This document shows, piece by piece, positions 18,402-28,900 of a stretch of 64,000 nucleotides of DNA. The position numbers were made by a program, and so were the translations under genes. This stretch comes from a virus. The notes under the pieces were generated by a model. The model saw only the letters and a program-made list of their open reading frames with translations, searched no databases and had not been told where the DNA came from. Position 1 is the first letter of the stretch. Every line of letters begins with the position of its first letter. The stretch is from positions 1 through 64,000 of IMG/VR virus record IMGVR_UViG_3300034072_000373, one strand, 5' to 3'.

Positions 18402-19019
18402 ATGAATCTTGAACCAAATGCTCTAGATCAGAGTGATGCCGAAATGGAAGTTATCCCTGCTGCTGAAGCAAAGGATGAACTGACTGTTCTCAAAGAACGT
18501 GCTCGTAAGATGAACATCACGTTCTCAAACAACATCAAGGTCGATGCTCTTCGTGAGAAGATCGAAGCTGTGATGAATGGTAATAAGACTACCAAGGCTG
18601 AGCCAGAGACGGATGAAGGTGGCAACTCAGTTGCCGACATTCGTAACAAGGTTTACCTCGAAGCAATGAAGCTGGTCCGTATTCGTATTACGAATATGAA
18701 CCCTGCCAAGGGTTCTCTGTTTGGTGAATTCTTCACTGTGGCAAATCGCTATATCGGCACTGTCACAAAGTATGTCCCATACAATGAAGCCTCCCAAGAA
18801 GGCTATCATGTTCCTCACTGCATCTATGAAGCGCTGAAGGAAAAGGAATATCTTCATGTCCGCACCAAGACCAATCCTCGGACTGGTGCTGCAATTCCTG
18901 AAACCAAGTATGTGAAGGAATTTGCTATCGAAGTTCTGCCTCCCCTGAGTGAGAAAGAACTGAAGGATTTGGCACTGGCTCAGGCTGCTGCCGGTTCAAT
19001 TGAACCAACCAACACTTAA
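18402..19019 (+). CDS. N4 gp55-like protein
   Basis: LKERARKMNITFSNNI..LREKI; KLVRIRITNMNPAK..GEFFTVAN..EFAIEVLPPL. Confidence 0.8.
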   Translation: MNLEPNALDQSDAEMEVIPAAEAKDELTVLKERARKMNITFSNNIKVDALREKIEAVMNGNKTTKAEPETDEGGNSVADIRNKVYLEAMKLVRIRITNMNPAKGSLFGEFFTVANRYIGTVTKYVPYNEASQEGYHVPHCIYEALKEKEYLHVRTKTNPRTGAAIPETKYVKEFAIEVLPPLSEKELKDLALAQAAAGSIEPTNT

Positions 19020-19034
19020 TAAGGATGATGCGTC

Positions 19035-20594
19035 ATGAGTTGTGGTGCTGAAGTAACAGCCAAGAGATTGTATGATGCCCTCAAAGCAGACGCATCATTT
19101 GATTTCCCTGAACTGGATTGGGATGATCCAGATTTGCAATTTCCCCCTACAACGGGGGAATTGTATGAGCCAATTGAGAAGCTGAAGGATGAAGACCTAA
19201 CCACTGGACTAATCAACGGTGATGGCACATTCGATAAGCTGATGGCTTCAATCAAACATCACCTTCGTGGTGAATTTGAAGATGGCCGAATCACTGGTCG
19301 GGAATTCTCAGAAGCATATACCCAGAGCACAGTTGCTGCTCTGGGAACTGCTGTTCAGTATCTTCTGGGTAAAGATCAGGCTAACTGGCAGGCAATCCTT
19401 CTACAGCTTCAGGCTAGAGAAGCTGCTATTGCTGCAATCAATGCTAAGGTCACACTACGGACTTCAATGCTTCAGTATGAAGTTGTCCGTATGCAGGCTG
19501 AAATGTCAGTTATTGATTATGCCAATAAGAAGATTCAGTTGGCTATCGCTGATGAAGATTACTGCCTGAAGATTCAGCAAGGTGAACTGAATGAGATTGA
19601 AAAATCAACTCGTCAGTATAATCTTGATACGATTCTCCCACTCCAGTCTCAGATGCTGACTGAACAGATTGCTGGGCAGGTTCTGGATAATACCGGACAG
19701 GGTATTCAGAATGATACTGCAACATATAATCTAGATGAGATTCTGCCTAAGCAGGCTGCACAGCTTACAGTTCAGACTGATAATCTGACCAAGCAAGGTT
19801 TGGGCATCGTGGCTCAGACTGCAAATGTTGAATCTGACACTGCCATTAAGGGTTATCAGCTTTCGGATATGCTTCCTGCTGAACTGGCTCAGACAGAGGC
19901 TCAGACTACGAATCTTGGTAAGCAGGGTATCATTCTGGATGATGAGCATGATCTCAATCTGCTGCGTGCTACAGGTCTTGGTATTGATAATAATACAAAG
20001 ACTTACAATCTGAACACCATGCTTCCTGCACAGATGGCAGGGGTTGTGGCACAGACTGATATGGTCACTGCACAGATCGTCAATGAAAGTAAGCGTGGTC
20101 TGGTTTTGGATCAGAATGTCCTTCAGCTTCAGGCTGAGATTCTGGGCATTGGTCTGGATAACGATACCAAGACTTACAATCTGGCCAACATTCTGCCTAA
20201 GAATCTTGAGCTACTGACGGCACAGGTTGCAGGTGTTGAAGCAGATACTGACGGTAAGATTTATAATGTTACCTATGTTCTGCCTAAGCAGCTTGAACTG
20301 GTTAGTGAACAGGTTGAGTCAACCAGAGCGCAAACCATGGATACCAGAACTGACGGCACCACTGTCATTACTGGTCTGCTTGGTAAACAGAAGGCACTCT
20401 ATGAACAGCAGATCACCAGCTATCAGCGTGATAGTGAAGTGAAGGCTGCAAAGATGTTCATTGATGCTTGGATCACACAGAAGACCATTGATGAAGGTCT
20501 GCTCCCACCAGAGGGCTTCGAGAATGACAATCTCGATTTGATTCTGGCGAAGCTGATCTCTAACAACGGTTTCGGAACAATGATTGCGGATTAA
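19035..20594 (+). CDS. Tail tube-like structural protein (N4 gp54-like), repeat-expanded
   Basis: GDGTFDKLM..HLRGEF..GRITG and RAQTMDTRTDG..GKQKALY.QQITSYQRD..WITQKTIDEG; six internal YNLxxxLP-type repeats. Confidence 0.8.
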   Translation: MSCGAEVTAKRLYDALKADASFDFPELDWDDPDLQFPPTTGELYEPIEKLKDEDLTTGLINGDGTFDKLMASIKHHLRGEFEDGRITGREFSEAYTQSTVAALGTAVQYLLGKDQANWQAILLQLQAREAAIAAINAKVTLRTSMLQYEVVRMQAEMSVIDYANKKIQLAIADEDYCLKIQQGELNEIEKSTRQYNLDTILPLQSQMLTEQIAGQVLDNTGQGIQNDTATYNLDEILPKQAAQLTVQTDNLTKQGLGIVAQTANVESDTAIKGYQLSDMLPAELAQTEAQTTNLGKQGIILDDEHDLNLLRATGLGIDNNTKTYNLNTMLPAQMAGVVAQTDMVTAQIVNESKRGLVLDQNVLQLQAEILGIGLDNDTKTYNLANILPKNLELLTAQVAGVEADTDGKIYNVTYVLPKQLELVSEQVESTRAQTMDTRTDGTTVITGLLGKQKALYEQQITSYQRDSEVKAAKMFIDAWITQKTIDEGLLPPEGFENDNLDLILAKLISNNGFGTMIAD

Positions 20595-20598
20595 GTCG

Positions 20599-23283
20599 AT
20601 GGGTTTGTTTTCGTCTAAGAAGAAGATTTTCGTAGCCACCTCCGTCTATAATATGGCGGGGGATGAGCTAGAGAGACGTAACTACCTCAAAGACATGATT
20701 ATCAACAATGTCTTAGCCCCCCAGCCAGCAAGCTGGGGGGATTTGATCAATCAGAACTACCTCTATGGACCCGGCATGAAATTACGCCGTTGGTTCAAAT
20801 GGGTAACTAAGCCCGGTAACTATAATCATGTAGGGCTGCCTACTGGTGTCCTCTACGGCTCACTCTCACTAGATAATGATCTAGTTATCCCTCAGCTTCC
20901 TGAAGACCCTAGCGCTACCATTCTGGTGCAGGAGTCTCATGTTGGTGGGGGTGATTTCTCATGGTGGGCAGATCAGTGGATTCTCCAGAATGAGCCAGAC
21001 CTGATCGACACGGAATTTAAAATTGACTATGACGATACAACTTCTCAGATCGTTATCACTCGTCCAGATGCTTCTACAGTGTCTTTTGCTCCAGTGGGAT
21101 ATAATCAGAACCAGAACTATATCTTCGTCAATTATGTTGTGGCAGAAGATTTGGCAGATGAAAGTGTGGTCACAGGCACACCTACAAACAGTGATCCACT
21201 CCCTTCAGAGTCTGGATGGGATTTGGTATCTACTAACACAACCAATGTTCCTGTTACGCTGAAGACGTATGAGAAGGTTGATATCACCTATAGTGATGCC
21301 ACACCTCCGTCTTCATCTGGACCCAATGAGACTGGTTCTACAGATACAAATTATGACCTCATTGAGCGTCATCTACGTAAAGAAGAATACACTGGTAGCT
21401 CATCTACTGGTGATGAAACTGCATCTGTAAAAACAGAGCGATATACCAATGATGGTAAGAAAGTAGTGGCCGTAGAAGATGTGGATGTTGTTAATGAAGA
21501 CATTGGGGGTGGTGTCACTAAGACAACTACTACAACTACTTATACCGATACTTTGGTTAATGATCGTTGGTATCGTGATGACACGCAACGTGTGAATATC
21601 CGTAGCTGGTCTACGGCTAAGATTTTCATTTATCAGATTGGTTCAGGCAATGCTGCACTGGATGCTTTGATTGATGAATCTGCCATGAGTGGGACTCAGT
21701 TCTTCCCACACATTCCAGTCCGTATCGACAATAAGATGATTAGCGAAATGGGTCCAACCTATGACGCTGCATTTGCTCAAGCTGATAAAGCCTATAAGCG
21801 TGCTGTCGGGGATCATATTGATACCCTGATTGAGAAGGTAGCTGAGAATGAAAGTCTGAAAGATATTGACTACACCATGGTTGTCTTTGGTGTTCAGGCC
21901 AATGTCATTGAGAACGCATGTCGGAAATACATGTTCAGATTCTTCCAGAAGCTGTCCGAATCTCAGTTTGCTGACCAATCTGATTATGTCACTTGGGAAA
22001 CCAAGAAGACCGGATTTGAGGCAGCAATGCAAGCATGGCTAGATTGGAAAGCTGCTCAGAGCAATGAGTCTGATCCAGACTTTGGCACTCCTGAACCGAC
22101 GATTCCTGACTATAGCTATCTGCCCAGCAATCTAATGCGGGTAGCTACTACAGGTGACTATGGTTCAGAATTCAATATGGAAATCTCATGGGCTGCTATT
22201 GAGCATGAGGAATTCACTGGTGAGGCTAAGCCTAATGTAAAAGTTGGGGAGGTTTGGTTCCAGCAGATTGGGTTCGAGGACACTCTCTACAATATGTATG
22301 CTAAGAGAGGTAAGCTGGGTGAGTATGAATCACGGGTCAATGTTGTCCGTGGATATTACCAGACAAGTGCCAATACGTATGAACGTCTGACCATCATCAA
22401 CATGATTCATAAGAATTATGTGTATAAGGGTAAATCTGTCGAGACTGACTTTGCATTTGGTCTGACTGATCCAGAAGAGTCAGAATTCATTGTGCCACTG
22501 CATTACCCTACTTTCAGGGAAATGAGTCTGGTGGATTCTACCCAGATGGCAACAGCATGTATCTTGCTGGCATTTAATTGCTACAAGGTAAAGAAGATCA
22601 AATGGTATCAGCGGGGCATCTTCAAGATTGTTCTGGTGGTAGCAGTGATTGCTGTTTCCATTGCCTTGGCTCCAACCACTGGTGGTGCTTCACTTGGTAT
22701 TCTTGGAACTAATATTGCTGTGGGATCAGCCATTGGTTTGACTGGTCTAGCTGCTGCTATTGCTGGGGCCATTGCAAATGCAATCGTTGCTGCAATCATC
22801 ATGCAGGCAGTGAGTATGATTGCTACCGGAATCTTTGGTGCAAAGATTGGTCTGATCCTCACAGCTATTGCTGCTGTCGTTGTCATGAATGTTGGGTCTA
22901 TGTTTGGTCCCAATGGTTCCATGGCTTTGAATTGGGACAGCCTTATGAGGGCAGATAATCTTCTCAAGATGACTAGCTCTGTAGGCAATGCCTATCAGGC
23001 ATATGTCGGCGGGAAGATTATGGATTATCAGGAGAAGACTGCTGACCTCATGAAAGAGTATCAGTCTAACCTGAAGGATATTCGACAGAGCTATATTGAC
23101 CAAGGGTTGTATGGTAATGCAACGATTGACCCAATGCAGTTTGTCCAAAACAACTTTGCATTGGAAAACTCTGATACGTTTTTGGCTAGGACACTTTTGA
23201 CGGGGACAGATATTGCAGAGATGAGCCAGAATCTCTTGACTGATTTCTCGACTTTAACCCTCAGCACTGAACTCCCAATATAA
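20599..23283 (+). CDS. N4 gp53-like structural protein with C-terminal hydrophobic helices
   Basis: MGLFSSKKKIFVATSVYNMAG start; FIVPLHYPT..LAFNCYKVKKIKWYQRGIFK followed by TM-like segments. Confidence 0.8.
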   Translation: MGLFSSKKKIFVATSVYNMAGDELERRNYLKDMIINNVLAPQPASWGDLINQNYLYGPGMKLRRWFKWVTKPGNYNHVGLPTGVLYGSLSLDNDLVIPQLPEDPSATILVQESHVGGGDFSWWADQWILQNEPDLIDTEFKIDYDDTTSQIVITRPDASTVSFAPVGYNQNQNYIFVNYVVAEDLADESVVTGTPTNSDPLPSESGWDLVSTNTTNVPVTLKTYEKVDITYSDATPPSSSGPNETGSTDTNYDLIERHLRKEEYTGSSSTGDETASVKTERYTNDGKKVVAVEDVDVVNEDIGGGVTKTTTTTTYTDTLVNDRWYRDDTQRVNIRSWSTAKIFIYQIGSGNAALDALIDESAMSGTQFFPHIPVRIDNKMISEMGPTYDAAFAQADKAYKRAVGDHIDTLIEKVAENESLKDIDYTMVVFGVQANVIENACRKYMFRFFQKLSESQFADQSDYVTWETKKTGFEAAMQAWLDWKAAQSNESDPDFGTPEPTIPDYSYLPSNLMRVATTGDYGSEFNMEISWAAIEHEEFTGEAKPNVKVGEVWFQQIGFEDTLYNMYAKRGKLGEYESRVNVVRGYYQTSANTYERLTIINMIHKNYVYKGKSVETDFAFGLTDPEESEFIVPLHYPTFREMSLVDSTQMATACILLAFNCYKVKKIKWYQRGIFKIVLVVAVIAVSIALAPTTGGASLGILGTNIAVGSAIGLTGLAAAIAGAIANAIVAAIIMQAVSMIATGIFGAKIGLILTAIAAVVVMNVGSMFGPNGSMALNWDSLMRADNLLKMTSSVGNAYQAYVGGKIMDYQEKTADLMKEYQSNLKDIRQSYIDQGLYGNATIDPMQFVQNNFALENSDTFLARTLLTGTDIAEMSQNLLTDFSTLTLSTELPI

Positions 23284-23294
23284 AGGATTATGAA

Positions 23295-23786
23295 ATGGGA
23301 CAACCAACTCCTGATAACCCTCTGGGTCTAGATTACACTGGTGGCAATGGGTTCGGTGCGTCAACACTGCTCAGCCCCGGACAGATTACATCAAAAGCAA
23401 TTCCAACCCTTGGGTATGATACAAGTGGATTTTGGGGAGGCTCAAGTGATGTTCTCACTAATGGTTCCTCAACTATTCCAGTTGGTTCTGGTGGGCAGGG
23501 TGGTGGATTCTTCGGTGGCATGAATGGGATGCAATCCGTTGGTGCTGTTCTGGGTGGTCTACAGTCACTCAGTAACATGTTCCTCGGATTCCAAGCTCTG
23601 AGCCAAGCAAAGAAGCAGTTTAAGACACAGCGTGCATTCTCAAACGCAAATCTTGAGAATCAGGTTAAGAGCTACAATACTGCTTTGGAAGATAGGGCTA
23701 GAAGCAGGGCTGCTGTTGAAGATCAGTCTGCATCCCAAGCTCAGGGTTACATTGATAAGAACCGTCTGAACTTCTCTAGAATCTAA
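23295..23786 (+). CDS. Ejection protein (N4 gp52-like)
   Basis: Gly-rich hydrophobic helix followed by AKKQF..N..NQVKSYNTALEDRARSRA; synteny. Confidence 0.8.
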   Translation: MGQPTPDNPLGLDYTGGNGFGASTLLSPGQITSKAIPTLGYDTSGFWGGSSDVLTNGSSTIPVGSGGQGGGFFGGMNGMQSVGAVLGGLQSLSNMFLGFQALSQAKKQFKTQRAFSNANLENQVKSYNTALEDRARSRAAVEDQSASQAQGYIDKNRLNFSRI

Positions 23787-23797
23787 GGAATATTAAT

Positions 23798-25873
23798 ATG
23801 GCTGCACTAACTTGGAGAAACGTTGCTGCCCCTGATTTCTCAGGAGTTCAGGGGGGCATCAGCAATGCTGGTGAATTCTTTAATCGTGCTTTCTCCGGTG
23901 GTCAGAAGACTGTGGAGAATATTCAGAATATCCGTGAGGATAATGCTGTAAAGGAAGTCTTGGGCAGAGCCTTGGCTTCCAATGATCCTGCTGCAATTCA
24001 GGCAATGGCTGCTGAAGCTGCTCAGAATCCTAATTTCACTCTTCGTGGTTTGGATACTCTGAACCGTCAGGTGGATACCCTTCAGCGTAGGAATCTTACT
24101 GAAGAACAGATTCTTGGTGCCAGACAGGGTAGAGAACAGGGAGCTACTCTGTTTAATCGTGGTGAGCAGGAATATAGCGCAAGAGAAGCTGCCAGAGGTG
24201 AAATCCTGAAACTATATGGTTCAGGTATGACACCTGATAAGATTGCTCAAGCTGCTGCATCCAATCCAATTCTGGCTGCATTGCCTACCAAGGATTTGAT
24301 GGGAATTATTGATGACTCCTACAATCGTAGGGATCGCAATCTAAATTATGATATTCGCTCAACTGAATTTGCAAACAGTCAGGCAGATCGTAATGACGCA
24401 TTTGTGGTAGCAGACGCTCTATCCACCATTGACCAATCTTCATTGACTGATGAAGAAAGATTCTCCGCACTTGAGAGAATGCGGGGTAATCTCACCCCTA
24501 GACAATATACACTTGCCCGTAATCGTCTTATGGGTGGTGGAACAGGTGGTGCTGGCGGAGGTGAATTTGCTGCTCCTGCATCTGGCTCATTTTCTGCTGG
24601 TGGTTCCAATTATGCTTTTGGAGCGCCACAGAAAGCATATGCAGATGTCTTCTCCAGTGCTGGTGTCAGTAACAATGTTGTCGCTGGTCTACTAGGTAAT
24701 GCCCACGTTGAGGGTGGTTGGACTGGTAAAGAAGGTGACGGTGGTGCTGCTGGTGGTATTGTCCAGTGGAGGGATGGAAGACGGGATGCTTTCATTCAGC
24801 GTAATGGTGTTGACCCAACAAAAGCATCACCTGAAGTTCAGGCAAGACATGTGATGTGGGAACTTTCTACTCCTGAAGGTAGAAAGGTTGCTGGTATTAC
24901 GGAACAGCAAGCCAATGCCATTTTGAATGCTAAGTCACCTGAAGAAGCTGCTGAATATATTGACCGTTTTTATGAGCGTTCATCTGGTCAGCATCGTCAA
25001 CAGCGTATTGCTGCTGCGGCTGCATATGGTCAATTGACTCGTCCCGGTGATCCTGTTGCTAATGGGCTTCAGGGAATTGCAAACAGTGTGGACACTGATC
25101 GTGCAAGAGCACAACAGGGCGGTTCAGTTGGTGCCAGAATTCTCCGTGAGAATGCTGGTTCAAAGAAGGATCGTGCTGATGTTATCAGTGATGTGATGAC
25201 TTCTCTTGGAGCCTCTGACAGAGGAACAGTTGAGAATATCTTCAATGATATGCGTAACCGTTTCCTTGCCAATGGTTGGGAAGCTCCAAATGATGCAATC
25301 ATTGGTGCCGCTCTAAAGACTGGTTCAACCTATGATCGTAGACTTGGTGATCGTATCTGGGATTGGACAGGTAATCTTTTTGGAGCCACGGATGCTGTAT
25401 CAGGCGGACTTCAGGTAGATAGAGATAATCTCTATAATCGTCTGAAGGATATTGTGCAGAGTCCTCAAGCTTCAAATGTGGCTGTTGTGGAAGCTCAGAG
25501 AAATGCTGGGGAACAAGCTGCATCTGTTGCAGATGCACAGTATCAGCAGGCAAGAGCACAACGTGAATATGCAGAGAATGAGGTTAGATCAGGCCGTAGA
25601 CCTAACATCAATCTCAAACCATATTATGATCGTGAGAACCAAGCACTAGCAACTTCACAGGCTGCAAATGCTGCTGTTAGGAATTCAGGTTTGACTAATC
25701 CCGGTGTTCAGCCTGTTGGTTCCTCAACAGGTAAACCTACTCAGGGAACACCTAAGTCAACTGATGACTTTGTGCGTAATGCTGCTGATCGACGTAGGCA
25801 AACTGCACCGCCTCCAAGAGCATCCAATGGATGGCAATTGCTCAAAGATACGGTAACTGGTATCTTCGACTAA
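23798..25873 (+). CDS. Ejection protein (N4 gp51-like) with an internal phage-tail lysozyme domain
   Basis: MAALTWRNVAAPDFSG start; AGLLGNAHVEGG..GIVQWRDGR..QARHVMWEL..EEAAEYIDRFYERS (Phage_lysozyme2-like). Confidence 0.82.
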   Translation: MAALTWRNVAAPDFSGVQGGISNAGEFFNRAFSGGQKTVENIQNIREDNAVKEVLGRALASNDPAAIQAMAAEAAQNPNFTLRGLDTLNRQVDTLQRRNLTEEQILGARQGREQGATLFNRGEQEYSAREAARGEILKLYGSGMTPDKIAQAAASNPILAALPTKDLMGIIDDSYNRRDRNLNYDIRSTEFANSQADRNDAFVVADALSTIDQSSLTDEERFSALERMRGNLTPRQYTLARNRLMGGGTGGAGGGEFAAPASGSFSAGGSNYAFGAPQKAYADVFSSAGVSNNVVAGLLGNAHVEGGWTGKEGDGGAAGGIVQWRDGRRDAFIQRNGVDPTKASPEVQARHVMWELSTPEGRKVAGITEQQANAILNAKSPEEAAEYIDRFYERSSGQHRQQRIAAAAAYGQLTRPGDPVANGLQGIANSVDTDRARAQQGGSVGARILRENAGSKKDRADVISDVMTSLGASDRGTVENIFNDMRNRFLANGWEAPNDAIIGAALKTGSTYDRRLGDRIWDWTGNLFGATDAVSGGLQVDRDNLYNRLKDIVQSPQASNVAVVEAQRNAGEQAASVADAQYQQARAQREYAENEVRSGRRPNINLKPYYDRENQALATSQAANAAVRNSGLTNPGVQPVGSSTGKPTQGTPKSTDDFVRNAADRRRQTAPPPRASNGWQLLKDTVTGIFD

Positions 25874-25878
25874 ATAAG

Positions 25879-25905
25879 AAAGCCCTCTTAACGGAGGGCT
25901 TTTTT
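25879..25905 (+). terminator. Terminator between the gp51-like and vRNAP genes
   Basis: AGCCCTC/GAGGGCT stem followed by a T run. Confidence 0.8.
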
Positions 25906-25943
25906 ATGCTATGTGAGGTCAAAATCACCTAAAGGTATTGTGT

Positions 25944-28900
25944 ATGGCAAACCCCTCTTCCACCATTATGAATGAGTATCTGTCTAAGGCTAAGCAAACA
26001 GGTGTTGCTAATGCCACTGCACAGAAGAAGCAGACTATGGCTGCTCAAGCATCTGTAAATGATGATGCTCTTTACCGTATTGCTTCTGCTCAAAGTAATG
26101 GCACTGGCAATTCCATGGAAGGTTACGAACGTGACCTTAGAACCATGGGAACCTTTGATCTAATCGGTAAGTATGGTTCGGGGATTGTTGGTGATCTGTC
26201 ACGGCTAGAAAATGCTAGAGAGCGTTATCGTGGTGATGAGTCATCCCAGCGTGGTTTTGGTGATGTAGTTGGGGATGCTGCTATTGGTGTGCCCACTGCA
26301 TTTGCATCTGGTATCCATTCAATTGCAAATTTGATCGAAGCCCCATTTGCTCCAGAGACTGCTGCAAGAGATGCGTTGGCAAATGCTAAGTTTGGTGAAT
26401 GGGCTAACTCATTCCAGAGTGATGCACTCAATCAGCGTAGACGTGCTGCTGGTGCCGATCTCCAAAATACTCAAGCAGATAATAAGGCTGCACAGGAAAG
26501 AGGTGAGATTAACTCGCTAGAGCGTATGGGCAGAGATGCCTATGATGCTGCTGCACGTTATCTGGATGATGGTGCGCTTACATCAGACGTTGTTGCTCAG
26601 GGTGTTGGTTCACTCTTTATTGGTGGTCCAATGATTAAGGGCTTCAGTAAGGTTGGTCAGGGTATCCTGAAAGCTGCTGGCCGTGGTGAATCTGTCCTAG
26701 CTGGTAGGGTTGTTAATGCTGCTGCTGGTTCACTAGGTGTAGGCACACAGGAAGCTGGTGGTGCTTACGATCAGACTGTTCAGGCTGCTATGGAAAGAAT
26801 GGCAGATAGAACTGATCTCACTGAAGAACAGAAGCTGGAACTAGCTAATAAGGCTGGTCTGGAAGCTGCTGCTATTCAGGGAACTGTTGCTGCTGGGATT
26901 GGTCTAATTCCCGGCATGACTAACCTTGAACGTGCTCCACTTGCTCTTCGTGGTTCAGTCCGCAATTCAGTCAAAGCTATTCTGGGTGAGACTCTTGAAG
27001 AAGCTACTCAATCAACTTCAGGTCAGTTGGCTCAGAATCGTGCTATCCGTGATGTGGTTGATCCAAATCAGGATATGCTTGAAGGTGTGGGTGAACAGAC
27101 TGCTCTCGGTGCAATTGGTGGCTTTGGTTCTGCTGGTATGGTTCAGGCTCCAAGCCTTGCAGCTAATACTGCAATGGCTCCTGTCCGTGCTATCATGGCT
27201 AAGGGTGCTGAAATCAATTCACGTAGGGAAGCTGCACAGGTTCAGGAATTCTCCAATAATGTAGAAACTGTTCGTGCTGCTGGTCCTGTGAATATGGATG
27301 CAGTTAACACTGCCATTGATAACTCTGATCTTGATCCAGAGATTAAGAACACTGCTCGTGCTCAGATTGATGGGATGATGCAGCGTGCTTCATACACCCC
27401 TGAACAAACACGCAATTATTCTCCAGAACTTCAATCATATCTGGAAGATTCAATTGATAAGTTTGATGCTCTCGACACTGCTATGGCAATTGTGGAAGAT
27501 TCTGACTTCACAAATGCACAGCGTCTGGAAGCAGGTGCTTATATCGCACAAACTGTTCTTCAGAATAATTCTCAGATCAAAGCTGATCTAGATGAAGCAA
27601 TTGCTGCTATTCATGAGGATGACCCTGAATTTGATAAGCTCATTGAATACAATGATCTTATGGATAAGATGGGTAGCCATCCTATTGTTCAGCGCATGGT
27701 TCAGCAGTTTAGGGAACAGGTTGCGGCAGTCACCCCTGAACAGGTGAATGCTGAAGCTATGGCAACTCCTGAAGGTAAGCAGACTGCTAGTGCAGTAGCT
27801 ACTGCTGTGGCTTCTGATCCTGAAGCTGTAAGCCCAGAGGTTATCTCAACCATTTTGGAACATGATGAATCTGATCCTGAATTCTCACCAGTGAATCGTA
27901 AGATTCTGGAAGGTGCTCAGGCATATCATGATATGAAGGAAACTCTGCGTAAGAATGCAGAGCAGATTGCCATTCAGAATATCAATGCTGTCACTGACAA
28001 CATGATTAAGTCACGCTTTGAGGATAACCCACAGGAAGGTTCTCCTTTGGCTCTATCACTGCGTGACCATTACACCCGTTTCTATAATGCACTGATGGCC
28101 AATGATGATGTCTCTGCAAAGGATTACCTAGATAATCTAGGTTTCTTTGCTGCACACATGCAGAACAAGTTGGCCACTGTGAACTCAGCTATTGAGGACA
28201 ATGCTTATAGTGAAAAGCTGGCTAAGCCTTATATGGCAGTGGTTCCAGCCAGAACTGCTGCACAGCGTAAGTGGGTTCCATCCAATCTCAAGATTTGGAT
28301 GAATGGCAGAGCAAAGGACAGTGTGCGTCTGGCTAAGCGTATCCAGCTAGAAGCTCAGGCAATCACCAATACCTATAACAACCTTGTGGAGCAGAATCCT
28401 GAATTCAATCTTCCTACGATTGATGTAGGCACACTGAACCCTCTCTTTGATGGTTCAATTGATGAAGTCGTAAATCGGTATAAGGGTCAAAAGAATGTTC
28501 AAACGTCTACTTCTGACAGTAGCGGAAACGCTAATCCTCAGCGGACTCAACAGTCTGAAGGAACGTCAGTCACGCAAAGCAGCCGAGAAGGCACTGAAGA
28601 AAGCGGAAGCGAAACTTCAGGAACAGAATCCCGTGGTTCCAGAGTAACTCCTGAACAGGCACGGGGTATCTCTGACAGAGCACTACAGTCACGAATCACC
28701 AGTCTCGAATCAATGATCGAAGACAATAAGGCGACTGTGCAAGACAGAGCTACCCTTGCCGTTCTCCGTAAGGAGAATGCCAATCGTAATGCTGAAGCAA
28801 TGCAGCGTGAACGAGAGGAACAGGAAGCTGAAGCTAAGGCTAGAGCGACTGAATCAAATCAGGATCAAAAGCCTAAAACTCCAGAAGTCACTGATTCTTC

